From the human T2T-CHM13v2.0 reference genome, Homo sapiens, in the NCBI RefSeq assembly GCF_009914755.1, contig NC_060946.1: 64,000 bases of DNA; one strand, given 5' to 3'. A program made the translations under genes and the position numbers. Each line of letters starts with the position of its first letter. Position 1 is the first letter of the stretch. The notes under the pieces are model-generated. The model saw only the letters and a list, made by a program, of their open reading frames with translations, did no database searches and was not told where the DNA came from. Shown piece after piece: positions 1 to 18,329 of this stretch.

Positions 1-151
1 AATACTACAGCCCTTGATAGCCTTTCTGGCCTACAAAATAAATCTCATAACTAAATCTTTACAGCTGCACTTATGATGTGAGTTGATTAAAATCTGACAC
101 AGAATCTCTGATGGTGAATTTTGAAGTGGAGAGGAACCCCAGGTGGCTGGC

Positions 152-348
152 CCATGCGGAAGCACGCACTCTTACCTCTATGGTGCCTGCCCATGCAAAA
201 GAAGCACGCGCTCCCACCTCTATAGTGCTGGTCCATGCCGAAACACACACTCCCACCTCTATACTGCCGGTCCGTGTGGAAGCGTGCACTCTCACCTCTA
301 TAGTGCCGGTCCATCGGAAGCACGCACTCGCACCTCTATAGTGCCGGG
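152..348. repeat. Minisatellite, five copies of a ~39-bp unit (ccatgcggaagcacgcactcycacctctatagtgccggt)
   Basis: Units start at 152, 191, 233, 272, 311 (lengths 39, 42, 39, 39, 38). Confidence 0.9.
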
Positions 349-815
349 CCTGTGCTGCTGCCCCTGCCACAGCTCCTGCTCATCTGGCTTCTACATTATA
401 CTTCGGGCAAGTCTTCCCTGATACATGCCCAGATCTGGTTCTCCTGCCACCTTTCTCCAAGCTTTGTTCACCATGATTTGAAGAGTTCAACACATCCTTA
501 GGCCACATGAGACCTTCATAAAATGCCAGCTCCCTTTCTCTGAGCATTGTGTTAAAGGACAGTGTGGGCCAGAGCAGTAAGAGGAGCGCAGGCTCCTAGA
601 AAATGTGAAACTGAGGCTGGGCTCTGAGACAGGCAGGAGCTAATAAGGGAAGGGCTAGATTGAGGTAGAGGAGGTGGTAAGAAGATTGGCATGTCTGGGG
701 AGCAGCCAATGGGCAGGCTGGATGGGTGAAGCGGTACGAGATTGTAACAGAAGATGAGTATCAAGCAGATGTTTTGAATCTGCCTGTGTCCACAGCTACC
801 CCTGGCATAGCCTCA

Positions 816-968
<153 letters not shown>

Positions 969-2040
969 TTAAAAAGCATTTGAAAGAACTTGATTAAAGT
1001 CAATTCAAGACTGTATCTTTGAAGCTAAACAGAAGGGAAGGACTCCTCCAAGATGGTCTGGAATAGACACAGAGAAAATGGGAGACTTCTTAATGTAACA
1101 AAGGAAGGGTTTTCAAAGTTAATTTCAGGAAATTCTGTTTGCTCTGTTTTGACAATTAGTTTTTCTCTCATATCAAATATGCTACAGACTCTTACTCAGC
1201 TCCAATGACCAGTGCACCAGGCATTTTGAAATGAATGTCTCCTTTTAGATTTGTCTCTTAAAGCCACTAATAGCAAATATGGCTCCACTTCTCTAATGAA
1301 GACACCGCAGGGGCTTCCAGCAGCCTCTTACTAGAAGAGAGCACTGCCACTGCTGTGGCACAGTCCACAGCCAGAGCTGTGGAGCCACGTGCCTTCACAC
1401 CGGATGACACTCAGAACCACAATCTGAAGGAAAGACCAACAAAAGACTGGCTGTGCCACCCCTCCTCCAATTATAGGTGTCTCACATACAAAAACACTTA
1501 CAAATAGGGTGGAAAGACAGTTTTCCAAAGAGTACATTTCCCATGCAACAGCAGTTTGGAACGCCAGCACTGTTCTCTTTGCACTTTGGACCAGGCACCT
1601 TCAGTGACTTCCAGAATCTAATATTTTTGCCAAGTTTCTGGTTCTCCTCAGGGGTGGGCAACAGCCGTGTATCAATGAGAGGGAAGAGACAGCTCTGGAC
1701 GGTCTTTCATGGCTAACACAGCCCTCTGACCATGAACTTTCACCTAGCAATCTTGAGGGGCCTTAAAGGAACCTAGGGTCAAGGTCAGTCCAGTCCACCT
1801 TTCTGCTAGTCTTTGTGAACTCAATGGTACCATAAGATGCAAAAGTTCTACCTCTGTGGAATTTGTAGTAACTACAACAAGGAGGCTGAAGAGTTTGAGA
1901 ACAGGAGCTCTCCCAGCAGCTAAGGAACCAAAAGGGTATGCCTGAGGGAAAGGGGCACCAGGACACAGCACAAGTCCATCCAAAGGAGAAGGTACACTTC
2001 CAACAGTGACATCTAACTGTCAATTCTTGAAAACCTTGGA

Positions 2041-2583
<543 letters not shown>

Positions 2584-2790
2584 GAAAACCTTGGAGCAAC
2601 TTAAATAAATACACACAGGTTGTTTTAAGGGCAAAAATAAATTTCTACCATCTGTTTGAGTCAATACAGGATGCCCCACCTAAGGTTGCCTCAGGACACT
2701 GCTCTCAGTAAACTTTTCATAATGAGGTTCCACTCCAGACACTAAAAGCAGCCTCCCTCTGTTATTATGCGCTCTGGATTACAGGAGCAT

Positions 2791-2822
2791 TGCAGTTGAA
2801 TTTCGCACCAGGAGGTGGCTAC
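2791..2822 (+). promoter_or_regulatory. Candidate CTCF site with upstream TGCAG motif
   Basis: TGCAGTTGAATTTCGCA-CCAGGAGGTGGC; core differs from CCASYAGRKGGC at one position; motif only. Confidence 0.4.
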
Positions 2823-3809
2823 AGATATCCAATTACAGCAGAGATAATGAAAGACCAGCAGCTCTACCCAGAAACAGGAAGACAAGAGGCCCCCGCTGGC
2901 TCCGGTATGGTGCAGTGTTAAAGTGGCCCTTCCCCAGTACCAACATGAAGTCACCTTCAAGGTGTACCAGGTGGCTGGACTATACCTGGAGAAATGTCTG
3001 ATGTCTGGGAACCTGGATGTAGATCCCTAGTAGAATATTGTGTTGTTTAATATTTTTATTAGATTTGGATGGGTAAGTCCAAAGTTGAAACAGAGATTCA
3101 AAACAACATGACCTTCCATAAATCTCAAAGTATTTCAAAATAAAAAGTTTATTTAAAAAAGTAGTGGCACAGGCTTGAGGAAACAGTGGACAGAAAACGA
3201 GAGGATGAAATTCAGTAGAGATAAAGGTCAAATCCAGCCCTCAAGCCTTTCGAAAGCACTGGTCCAGCAGGTTGGCAATGTGTATGAGGGAGGTGGGAGT
3301 TTTAACTGGTCCTATTCTCAGGGCTGAAGCCACTTGTTGGACGAGGGTTTTGTTCCAACATTGGTCTTGCCCCACCCCTAAACAGTCTGCCTAGCACCTA
3401 GGGACAGTGCTGAGGGCAGCAGAGGCACTATCTGCAAATGTCTGTGAGGCTATAACTGGAGAGGAGGCTCTTCCACAGGGCTGTGGGAAGCCCTCCCAGA
3501 GGCCGAGGCAGACTCCCACCTGCCAGGCCATACCCAATAATGACCCCTGGCCCCAGCACTCTGCCCAGTCTCCAAGGAGGTGCTGGATAGTCACAGGGGC
3601 ATAAAGAGCACCTCAACAAAGGGAAGTCAGCTGAGACAACCTTGAAAGCTACTTCACCTCTGTCCACGAGGGCTGAGCTGGGCCCAGCATGCAGGCGTGA
3701 CACCAGGTACTCTCTTCCTGGGCTGCATATCCCTGCTTTGGATCCAAGGGCCAACTCTATGCCCTTGGCCAGTTAACAGTTCCAAGTCAGCTTACCCTGG
3801 GGAATCAAG

Positions 3810-3819
3810 CTATTTTTAG
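3810..3819. promoter_or_regulatory. Perfect MEF2 consensus site
   Basis: CTATTTTTAG in non-repeat intron 18; E-box CAGCTG at 3628; motif only. Confidence 0.3.
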
Positions 3820-3865
3820 GCAAGCTATTTCTGCAGGGGAGAAGGTTCGTAAGGACTAAGATGTT

Positions 3866-4729
<864 letters not shown>

Positions 4730-4959
4730 TCATGTGTGTGACACAGCAGCCAACCAGCGGAAGCTGCTTGGGAGGACACACCCCAATTCGTTCCCTGTGT
4801 GCCTGATACTGGTTTGGTGGACAGTCAGGGCCCAGGCAAGACGCTATGCTTTGACATGGGATGAGCAGCATCCTACAGGGTTAACGATGGACTCAAACTA
4901 CCTCAAAATGCCCTTTCCAAGTTTACAACAACTCCCAGGGATGTGCCACATATCTGGCC

Positions 4960-5120
4960 AGTAGGACTTCCTGCATTCAGGGACATGCTCTGTCTCCCAT
5001 TCTGTCTGATACAGCCACTAGCCATGGGAGGCTACTGAGCCCTTGAAATGTGGTGCGTGACAGGAACTAAACTGGTAATTTTTAATTTAGTTAAATTTAA
5101 GTACTCATATGTAGCTAGCT
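4960..5120. mobile_element. MER3-like hAT MITE remnant
   Basis: agccactagcca...ggctactgagcccttgaaatgtgg motif. Confidence 0.6.
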
Positions 5121-6053
5121 TTAAACCATCTGTAAAATGTTATCAGAACAGCCTAGAACTGGTATAAAACAGCACAAACACTGCAATGTTTCAAGATCTA
5201 AAAACTGTAAACTGTGCTTTCACTGGTAGATCTGGAGACCTTTTTCTGAATGTTATAACAGATCTCCAAAACACCAACAGTCCACTGGAATGTTCTAGCG
5301 TGTGCAGCACTTGCTAAATCCTGGTGAGGATCAGATCTGTTGAGTGCCAGATGCCCGGCACAAGGCTGAGCGGCGTGCACACGTGCTTGCGGATGCAGCG
5401 CAGTCCGCCTGTGTATCACAGGAAAAGCCCAAGCAGGCTGGTGTGGCACCAACCTCACAGGTGCCCTATTCATGTCTGGATTTTTAGATCAAATGATTAG
5501 GTAGGAACAGTTCATACAATTCAACCTAAACATGTAATTATATGTGGATCCAAGCCTGGGCAGATGCAGGCAAAAGACCTGGGCAGATGTCTCAAGGAGA
5601 GGCCAGCAAGAGCTCATTGGTCAGGTGATGGGGAAGGGCTTGTGTAGAGGGTTACCCCAAAAAGGGGGCATGAAGTACAAGGGTACTCGGGACATGAGGC
5701 ACCCAGGGAATTGCAGGCCTCTCCAGGTGGGGTGGCAAGATGGATGGCTGATCAAGTTCGGGAGTTGGGAAAGGTGGCAGTCCACAGAGGAGCTCACGAG
5801 TCAGGCCAAGGAGTTCAATTCTGCCCTCAAATTGCCAGGCAATAGTAAGGACTGTAAGCAGAGGGATGATAAGTCAGGTTCAGGACCAACTGGTCTACAG
5901 GTACAATGCATACAAATTGCATGAGCAAGTTCCCAAAAGCTGTGAGAATCACAAGGAAATAATCTCATGACCTGCCATCTCCAGGTGCACAGAAAGCCCT
6001 GATCAGCTCCCCACAGGCACACCTTTGAAAGCTTCCCTGGGAGCCCAGGGTTA

Positions 6054-6347
<294 letters not shown>

Positions 6348-6656
6348 TCAAGGCTACCACTGGAAGTCTTGAGGGCAACTCCAGGGCTCTGACAGATGTT
6401 TCCTGAAACAAAAAATCTCAGAGTCCATTGACTTCAGGTTGCTCTAGGGACCAAGATGGACCTGGTTTCCAAACTGATTTCTACTGTTAGGTTTTCCCCC
6501 AAGGTCTTCACAGTACCAATAGCAAGTAACTCATTGCTACATCTAAGATGTGTACATGAACGACCAGCTATAGAGACAGTCCTGGAGAATTAGACAGAAA
6601 CAACAACAGACACTAGAATCCAGGGGTAAGAGAAAACACCAAGTAAGGACACCTTA

Positions 6657-6800
<144 letters not shown>

Positions 6801-6904
6801 CTAGGGTAGTCAAGGTCAAGTAACTTCAGTGTTGCAAACACAAGTTATTGTTAGAAGCCTCCTACGACGTGGACAGTTTGGGCAAAACCCTGAAAGGGCT
6901 CCTG

Positions 6905-7262
6905 TTTAGCACTGCGCTGTGTCCCACCAAAATTCACCTGCTGATGTCCTAACCCCTAGTGGGATTCTACTTGGAAAGAGGGTGTTTAAGAAGGTAATCA
7001 ATGTCAAGGGTGGGGCCCTAATGTAATGGGACTAGTGTCCTTCTAAGAAGAGGAAGAGACACCAGGAGTGCACATGCACAGAGGAAAGGCCCTGTGAGGG
7101 CACAGCCAGGAGGCTGTCTGCAAGCGTGGGAGACAGCCTTCACCAGAAACCAGCCCTGCCGACACCCTGATCATGGACTTCCAGCTTCCAAAACTGTGAG
7201 AAATAAATGTGTGTTGTTTCAGCTGCCTGGACTGTGGTCTTCTACTCTGGCAGTCTGAGCAC
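6905..7262 (+). mobile_element. MaLR LTR (MLT1A-like)
   Basis: gtcccaccaaaattca ... ggacttccagcttccaaaactgtgagaaataaat motifs. Confidence 0.8.
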
Positions 7263-7390
7263 ACGAACCCACCACCCTTCAAAATGATAGTCTCTGAAAT
7301 GTCAGGTGTTACAGGCAGCCTCTGAGGGGAAGACTGCCACTGACTGGGGCCCAGAGGCAGCCGGGTGTCACTCCAGGGAGCCAGCAGTAC

Positions 7391-7516
7391 CTTCTGCACG
7401 TAGATCTCAATGTACCTCTGCAGGTTGTTGCGGTATAAATATAGGACAAGGTCATGGACAAAGCCAAAACGATCACACACGATGATGAGGGGAAGCTGGT
7501 CTGTGAGCTTGGCCTC
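7391..7516 (-). CDS. CLTCL1: CLTCL1 exon 15 (126 nt; EAKLTDQL...IYVQK)
   Basis: cctcag|GAGGCC...CAGAAG|gtactg; ORF 7043..7534. Confidence 0.97.
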
Positions 7517-7939
7517 CTGAGGATTAGAATGCACAGAACAAGTCAGGGAGTGGAGAAACCAGACAGCCAGACCTCGGACTCATTGCACACATGGGACGGC
7601 TCTGTCTCTGCAGCAGAGTGACACACAGGAGACTCAGAATGAGACTGCTCTAAATAGGCTGTCGTTTTGTGGTATGGCATTTGCTTTGGGAAATAAGTGA
7701 GAGAAAGATATTAGTATTTGGTTAAAGACTGCTACATTTGGCATTAACATTCCAAATCTGGACAAAAATATCTTTTAAGACAAGCAGCTCATTATGTGCA
7801 AACCCAACAGAAACCAGGCCATTCTCAAGAACAGCACACCTGCGGTAAGGGCTGCCTTTTCAGACACGCAGCCGCAGGCCATGGAAACACACCCGGCCAC
7901 CATTCCCAGATGATGATGGCACTTGGGTAGGACAGCCAC

Positions 7940-8325
7940 AGGCCACCACAATCATGCCTCCCCTCATGTGGTCCCGTGCCTAGATCACATTTTGAAGTTT
8001 TAAGTGTGGCCACATGACCTCATTTCCTCCAATGGAACGTGAATCCAAGTGTCATCTGCCACTTGCAGGCCTCGCCCATAAAAACCACCTATGCTGGTTC
8101 CTCTGTGCTCTTCCCTTCCTCTAGCTGACTGGGAAGACGACATCCAGGTGAGGTGCTGAACACGGCAAAGCAGCCATGAAGCTGGTCCTTGAAGTACAGT
8201 GGGAAGGAAAGTCACCCCACTGACCTCCAGCCTACCCTGGACTGCCACATAAGGAAGTAGGCTTCCTGTTCTTTATGACACTAGTGCTGAGTGGTCTACT
8301 TGTTTCTGCAGCTTTGCCTGCCTAA
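7940..8325 (+). mobile_element. Old MLT1-type LTR remnant
   Basis: ggccacatgacctcatttcctccaatggaacgtga-type motif; highly diverged. Confidence 0.5.
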
Positions 8326-8597
8326 TTGACAATGGCACTAATGGGATGTTGATGAATTACAATGCAGCAATAAGTGCCAGATACTTAGAGCACAGCCTCA
8401 AGCTGCTTTCCACACTCTTAAAACGATAGAAGGGTTACTTTAGAACTTTAAGCCATAAAGTGGAGCTCTGTCCCTGGGACTAAGGGGTCCCTGGCGAGAC
8501 AGATCCAGCTTCCTGCCCCTGGGACGTCCTGCGGATGGTCTGCCCCACCTGCCATCAGCAAGGGCAGCTCATGGAAGGAGGCAGCACTGGAACACAC

Positions 8598-8761
8598 CTT
8601 CAGGAAGTTCTTCACACGCTCTGGGTTGTAGCAGCTGCTCTCTCGGCATATCCTCTCCACCTCCTTGATCTGCCCTGTCTTACAGGCAGCCTGAATGTAT
8701 TTCAGATGCACATCTGGGTCTTGGCTGAAGTTCACGATTGAGCCCAGGAAGTAGAAGAGGC
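8598..8761 (-). CDS. CLTCL1: CLTCL1 exon 14 (164 nt; LFYFLGS...VKNFLK)
   Basis: tcatag|GCCTCT...CTGAAG|gtgtgt; ORF 8448..8876. Confidence 0.97.
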
Positions 8762-9974
8762 CTATGAAGAGAGACCATTCCATTTTTGTCCTTGTAACAC
8801 CTGCCTGTCTCCTCCGTAGCTGCTGCCCACCTTCCCTCGATGACCCTGTTCCACTCTCCAGGGACCCACAGCACACTCAGAACTCATAATCAATATGCCA
8901 TTTGTCTGTTTTGGCAGCTCCCAAAAATAGCTAGTCGGATTTCCATTATATTTGGCAGGTATACCTGGCATGTTTTGATGTAAAATACTAGATATTTGGT
9001 ACAAGTGAAATTCCTTTTGTGGGCCCAGGTATACCTAGATAGTCGTCATCAAGAGTAATTCCCACTGAGGTAATCTGAAATGGTGGTGGGACTGCTTCTC
9101 TAAAAAGACACATCAAGGGACAGAGAAATAAGCCATGGCCTCCAGGAGGAGGCCTGCAACTCAACACAGAGCTGACAGTGACATGGGCACCACATGCTGA
9201 GCCCCAGGGTGAGCCCCAGAGGACAGCATTCACAGAGGCTAATGATGTTCCTCATCATTACAGAGGCCAGCCAGGAGGCACCAGTAACAACAGGGTACGA
9301 CACATCTGAGAAGGCCCCTCCCTGTCGAGGTCTTTCACTGTAACTGTGAGACCCTGATGCTAGGAAGGGAATGGGCAGCCCCTGGGCTGACGGTTCTCCA
9401 CCAACCTACTCTACTGCCCTCTCCCAGCCCAGCTCCACTCAATCGTCTGCCATGGTCTTTCCTACAGGGGTGTCTTCTAAAGAGAAGGCCAGTTCCCTGA
9501 GGACAGGGTCATGTCCCACCCTCCACCGATGCCCCAACCTCACTGGACACATGGCAGTGGCTTGATGCCTAGACAAATGCTTAGTCTCTATCCTGGGTGG
9601 GCCAGACAGCCCCCATCTGTCCCTAACAAAGCCACTCCCATCCCAACTGCCCTAGAACACTTTTTTGGTGTGATGTCCAAGAAGGGGAAAGGAAGACAAC
9701 CAGGTTACCTTGTCAGCCCCCCACAATCAACTGGGTAGCAGACACCACAAAGCAATGCACCCTCTATCGTGGGCTCTCATTTAGGAGAGGCCCAAAGAGC
9801 CTCCCTCCTGGGGCTGTAAAGACCAGACATCAGGCCCTTTCACTGTACCCACGACACAGGCTTTTAGATGAATTCTTGCCAGACTGTGCTGCGTAGACAC
9901 ACCGGGCTCCATAAGTTTCTCCATCCCATCACCAACCAACCTGATTTCTTCCTTTGGAAATACCAAAAAGGTTA

Positions 9975-10436
<462 letters not shown>

Positions 10437-10877
10437 TCAAAAATACAGAGAATTTCCACATAAAGGGGTTGAAAAGCAACTATCCATCACGGGAAAAAGT
10501 AGGAGCAAGGAGTAAAGCTGGGAAAAGACACTGATCTAAACTGTTCACCTGGAATATTCCACAGATGATGCTAAAACTTATTCCATAAATTGGAACACAA
10601 TAGCTAGTTTAGCTTTGCTAATGGTTTCAGACAGTCCTATTAGGTTGTCAATGTTAAAAGGTGACCAGTATACTCCTGCTATTAGACTAAGTCAAAGGTG
10701 GATATCAGAAAGAAAGGTGCTACAGGGCCCAGACATGCTGCTGAGCAGATAAACTTTGTGCGTGGGCTGAATTAGAACTGCTTTTGGTAGTAAAGTATGG
10801 TAGGTTAGGGCAGTGACAGGCTCAGGCCACAGTTCCACAATCACCAACAGGTGAACACTGGGGAGCATGTGACATTA

Positions 10878-11090
<213 letters not shown>

Positions 11091-11369
11091 CTATGAAACA
11101 GGGAGTTCGGTGAGAAGCCCTGATCAATGGCAATAACTTTTTAAGACCAGCTGCTCAATCTTGCCCCAGGGTAGGGTATAGCCTGGCAACCAGAACTCAC
11201 AGGCCCCTGTCCACATCCATACCTCTGTGGTGGCAGCAGTGCTTGTGGGTCCCAAATCCCTGGCTGTCCTTCAAGCCATCTTAGGCCCTTTGCACAAGGC
11301 TTCATTCTCCCATGTTGCAGCTGGGCCAAGCCCATGTGGTCACAGAGTTGGGCCTGTGAGAAAGGCTGA

Positions 11370-12594
<1,225 letters not shown>

Positions 12595-13569
12595 CCACTA
12601 AATATTCTCTTGAAGTAAGTAATTTTTGGGCTAAGACTGGATAGGTCAACACAGCAGCCTTGCAGCATGGCTGAGTGAGTGCTCCCTCAGTATCTAATGA
12701 TGGTCTTGACAAGCTACACTCCTGGGTGCCTTCCCCTGCCACCTGGCACACTCTTTCTTATTCCTTCTAGGATCTGCATCACCAACCAGGTATGGCCACA
12801 GAGTGACCACAGCCACTGTCACACACCAGACCACTTCAGAGTGATGCACAGAGTTGACGATCAAACACAGTACTAAGAGTAGGGCTTTAGAACATCTAGC
12901 ACTTACCTGAGTCTCCTATCCTTTGTTTCCTTCAGGTTTATCTTTACTTCTTGTTTTCAAACATTTTCTCCTCATAGCAACAGTGTATTTTATAGAATGT
13001 AGAAACCATCACGCAGTCCTACTGCCCAGAGAAGACTGCCAGCGTCCTGGGGCACTAAGCCAGAGCCTGCTGGCACCTCACCCAACTACTTGTTTCTCCT
13101 TTAGGGTCTGGGCATTCCTTAGGGTCTGTCTGCCAAGTTTCTGAGTGACGCTTGGTGTGTTTCAAATCTCATTCACCAGAAACGGTTACATACACTCACA
13201 AAGTCATGAGAGTCCAGTAGACCCCAAGCAGCAAATTAACAGTACTTTTATTTCCTAGAGTTGGAATATGACCCACTTCTTAGCAGCTAACTTGTAGATT
13301 TGAATAAATTGAGGTAACAGAACAATATACTTAATATGTTGTTTCCTAATTATAAAAACAGTAAGTGATTATTAAAGAAAAATCAGAAGAGATAAGTAAA
13401 GAACAAAGTGAACTTGTACAATCTTATCCACTTAGTACCGTGGTGAACAGCTTGATATAAACTCCTCTAAATCCCTTTCTTGTATATATATCTAAATTTA
13501 ACCCAAAATAGCACAGACATGTGATTTGATTATACCTGCTCCCACAAGTTTCAGGCCAACAAATGATGC

Positions 13570-14315
13570 CTCACCACAGTGAGATACCACTGCACGCCCA
13601 TTAAGATGGTGATTACTATTATTATTATTTTAGACAGGGAAGATGTGTTGGCAAGGATATACAGAAATTGGAACAGCTGAGCATTGCTGGGAAGAATATA
13701 AAATGGTACAGCCTCCTGGAATACAGTATGGTGGTTCCTCAAAAAGGTAAACATAGAATTACTGTAGGACATGATCCAGCAAGTCCACTTCTGGATATAT
13801 GCCCAAAAGAATTAAAGCAGGGTCTCAAATAAATCTTTGTACACCCATGTTAACAGCAGCATTATTCACAATAGCCTAAAGGTAGAAGCAACCCAAATGT
13901 TCATCAATGGATGAATGGATAAACACATGTCATATATACACATGGTGGACTATTACTCAGTTTCAAAAATGAAGGTGTTTCTAACACATGCTACAACATG
14001 GATGAACCTTGAAAATAATATGCTAAGTGAAAAAAGCCAGGTAAAAGGACAAATATTTTGTGGTTCCATGTATATGAAATATCTTGAAAAGCCAAATTAA
14101 TAGAGACAGATTAGAATGGCAGTTGTCAGGGGCTGGGAAATGAGGAGTCACTGCTTAACAGTTACATAGTTACTCTGGGATAATAAAAGTTCTGGAACTA
14201 TGTAGTGGTAATGGCTGCATAGCATTGTGAATGTTCTTAATGCCACTGTATCAGACACTTAAAAGTTGTTAAAATGGTAAATTTGGTTATGTATATTTTA
14301 CCACAATGAAAAAAA
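13570..14315 (+). mobile_element. Old L1 (L1M) ORF2 end and 3'UTR
   Basis: ORF 13915..14100 (THATTWMNLENNMLSEKSQ); ends tatattttaccacaat + A-rich tail. Confidence 0.85.
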
Positions 14316-14532
14316 GAAGAAAGGAAGAAATGCTGCCCTAATTAGAACTGTTTCCATGAAAGTCCTGTATCATGATTTCTGGAAAATCCTTTTAAGGAAA
14401 GTCATGGAGAATGTCCACTGAGAAGTACAAGATAAACATCTGGCACAAGCCCAGCCCAGTCCAAAGCCACTGTGCTCAAGTCTGCAAACCCAGAGAGGTG
14501 CCACAGGTGCTCTGCCTCTCGGTGTTAGCCTA

Positions 14533-14706
<174 letters not shown>

Positions 14707-14802
14707 TCACTCAGTATGTTTTCATTCAGTGTTTCATTTTCCTATTGAAATAGTTCCTGAAATATTATCTCATTTAGAAATTCAGCAATTAGTTCCTTCC
14801 TT

Positions 14803-15110
14803 TGTTTTTTTTTTTTTTTTTGAGATGGAGTCTCGCTCTGTCACCCAGGCTAGACTGCAAAGGCACAATCTCAGCTCACTCCAATCTCTGCCCTCCACCT
14901 CCTGGGTTCAAGCGATTCTCCTGCCTCAGCTTCCCAAGTGGCTGAGACTACAGGCACCCGTCACCACACCCAGCTAATTTTTCTATTTTTAGTAGAGACA
15001 CGGTTTCACCATGTTGGTCAGGCTGGTCTCGAACTCCCGACTTCAGGTGATCCGCCCGCCTCGGCCTCCCAAAGTGCTGAGACTACAGGCATAAGCCACT
15101 GCGCCCGGCC
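14803..15110 (-). mobile_element. Alu
   Basis: Alu consensus. Confidence 0.9.
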
Positions 15111-15445
15111 CCTTTCCATTTTCTTCTGTCATCGCAATTCACATACAGCCAGGTGTGGTGGCATGTGCCTATAGTCCCAGCTACTCAGGAGGCTGAGGTG
15201 GATGCATTCCTTGAGCCCAGGAGTTGAGACCACTGTGGGTAATGCAGTGACCTCATCTCAACAACAACAACACAATTCACGTAATTTATGGTCATTAATT
15301 TATTAATAATCTTGCAAAATCATATCACCTACATCATACTTATCAGTGAGGTATTTTACTGAAGTATATGAAAGGGAGTAACTTTTATAACATATGAACC
15401 CCCAAGCAGTAATCATACATTACTTAATCACATCCTAGAGGCAGC

Positions 15446-16211
<766 letters not shown>

Positions 16212-17143
16212 GCAGCTGATACTTGATATCTAACTCATATATATCATTATATTATTGGGGCACAACTGGGAAAATGCAAATATTTACTTAGACAATTATT
16301 AAAGTTAAATTGATGTTAATTTAAATAATTAATATGCCTTAGTAAGATGTGAAATACAGGAATAAATTTAATAATTGTTTTTGAAGGACAGCTTTACAGG
16401 AAAATAAAAAAGAACTTATTAACTGTGGAACTTCTCATAAAGTATGAGAAGTTTATATTTTGAACAACTTTAAAATATGAACTGTAAACAAGATGTGAAC
16501 TGGAAATTTCTTTCCTATTGAAAGCTAAGTAAATTTGTCTCAAATCTCTTATTCATGTTCTCCAAAATATCTGCAGATTCCCAGATGTACAAACACATAC
16601 AACTGCACTTATTATTTCTAAACAGTTGTTGGTTCTGATGCCTTGCTTCAAGCTTTGTTACACATCTATATATCATCAAAGCTCCTTGTACCAATTTACT
16701 GAAAGTGACTTGTCATGTGTTTACATCTAAATTTTAAGTAGGTTACACTAAAAAACAGGCTGATGCTCACGTAATCCAGGTCAGTCAGACACCCACAGGA
16801 TGAACATCTGGGGGACGCAACAGCACTAGCTCCTGGTGCTCAGGCCAATGGTCAGGGAGAGACAATGATGTAGTAACTGGGGTGGGCCACGGGATGGAGG
16901 GCTGGAACCTAAATGACATCCTCACACCCTACACCATCACCACCCAAAGACACAAACCCAAACAAACATTCTCTAAAGTACTTCAAAACAAAGGAAGCAA
17001 TGAGTACTCACATAGTAAAGACTAGAAGACAAACTCCCCAAGTACACTAGATTTTTTAAAACTGCAAGATTAATAGCAGATGAAGAAAAGCATTGAGACA
17101 AGTTAACAGGAAACGAATCAAAGAAATCTTCTAGATGGCTCTA

Positions 17144-17305
<162 letters not shown>

Positions 17306-17824
17306 CTAGAAGCAAGGGAGCACCAATCAGGAAAATCAATGAAAAACCCTGGGCATTAGAAAAGGAAGTTATCCATCCTTTGTTTTAAACTCGTGTTAAC
17401 AAAGAAATGAGCAGCAACATTATCATGTGTAGGTACCACCTTCTGCCAAACACAATATCCAATTAAATGAATTGATTTAATGTACATGGAAGGCACAATT
17501 AACTATACAAAGAGCCCAGACCACAAAGAAGTTTCCTGATCTGTGTGCAAACACAGCCTGCCAGTAAGCACACAGGGATAAGATCTGGGAGTCTGCCAAA
17601 ATATCAAATTAACATACAGAAGGAAGAGAGGGAGAGAAAAAACAAGATAAAGCTCCCAAATAAAACGAAGATGGAAGGACTGGAAAACTAAGGATAATAA
17701 AAAGCTGAAGAGAATAAAATATGATCATTATGAATAAAGATCCTAACAGCAACATTGCCAACTCTCACACCAGAGGACTTACAAAGAAGGGTATTTTATA
17801 AACTTTAAAATCAGCAACCACTCA

Positions 17825-18329
<505 letters not shown>

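Noticed and set aside
71-421. Four overlapping ORFs with repeated peptide motifs; superficially CRISPR-like periodicity
   Set aside because: Produced by the 39-bp minisatellite; there are no unique spacers and the DNA is human.
730-785. IQNICLILIF resembling the next clathrin exon (NLQNLLIL)
   Set aside because: Similarity is short, no acceptor fits, and exon 19 read-through hits TGA at once; the true exon 20 lies outside the window.
16215-16790. AT-rich stretch that may be a hAT/Charlie transposase remnant
   Set aside because: Too diverged to assign without a profile search.
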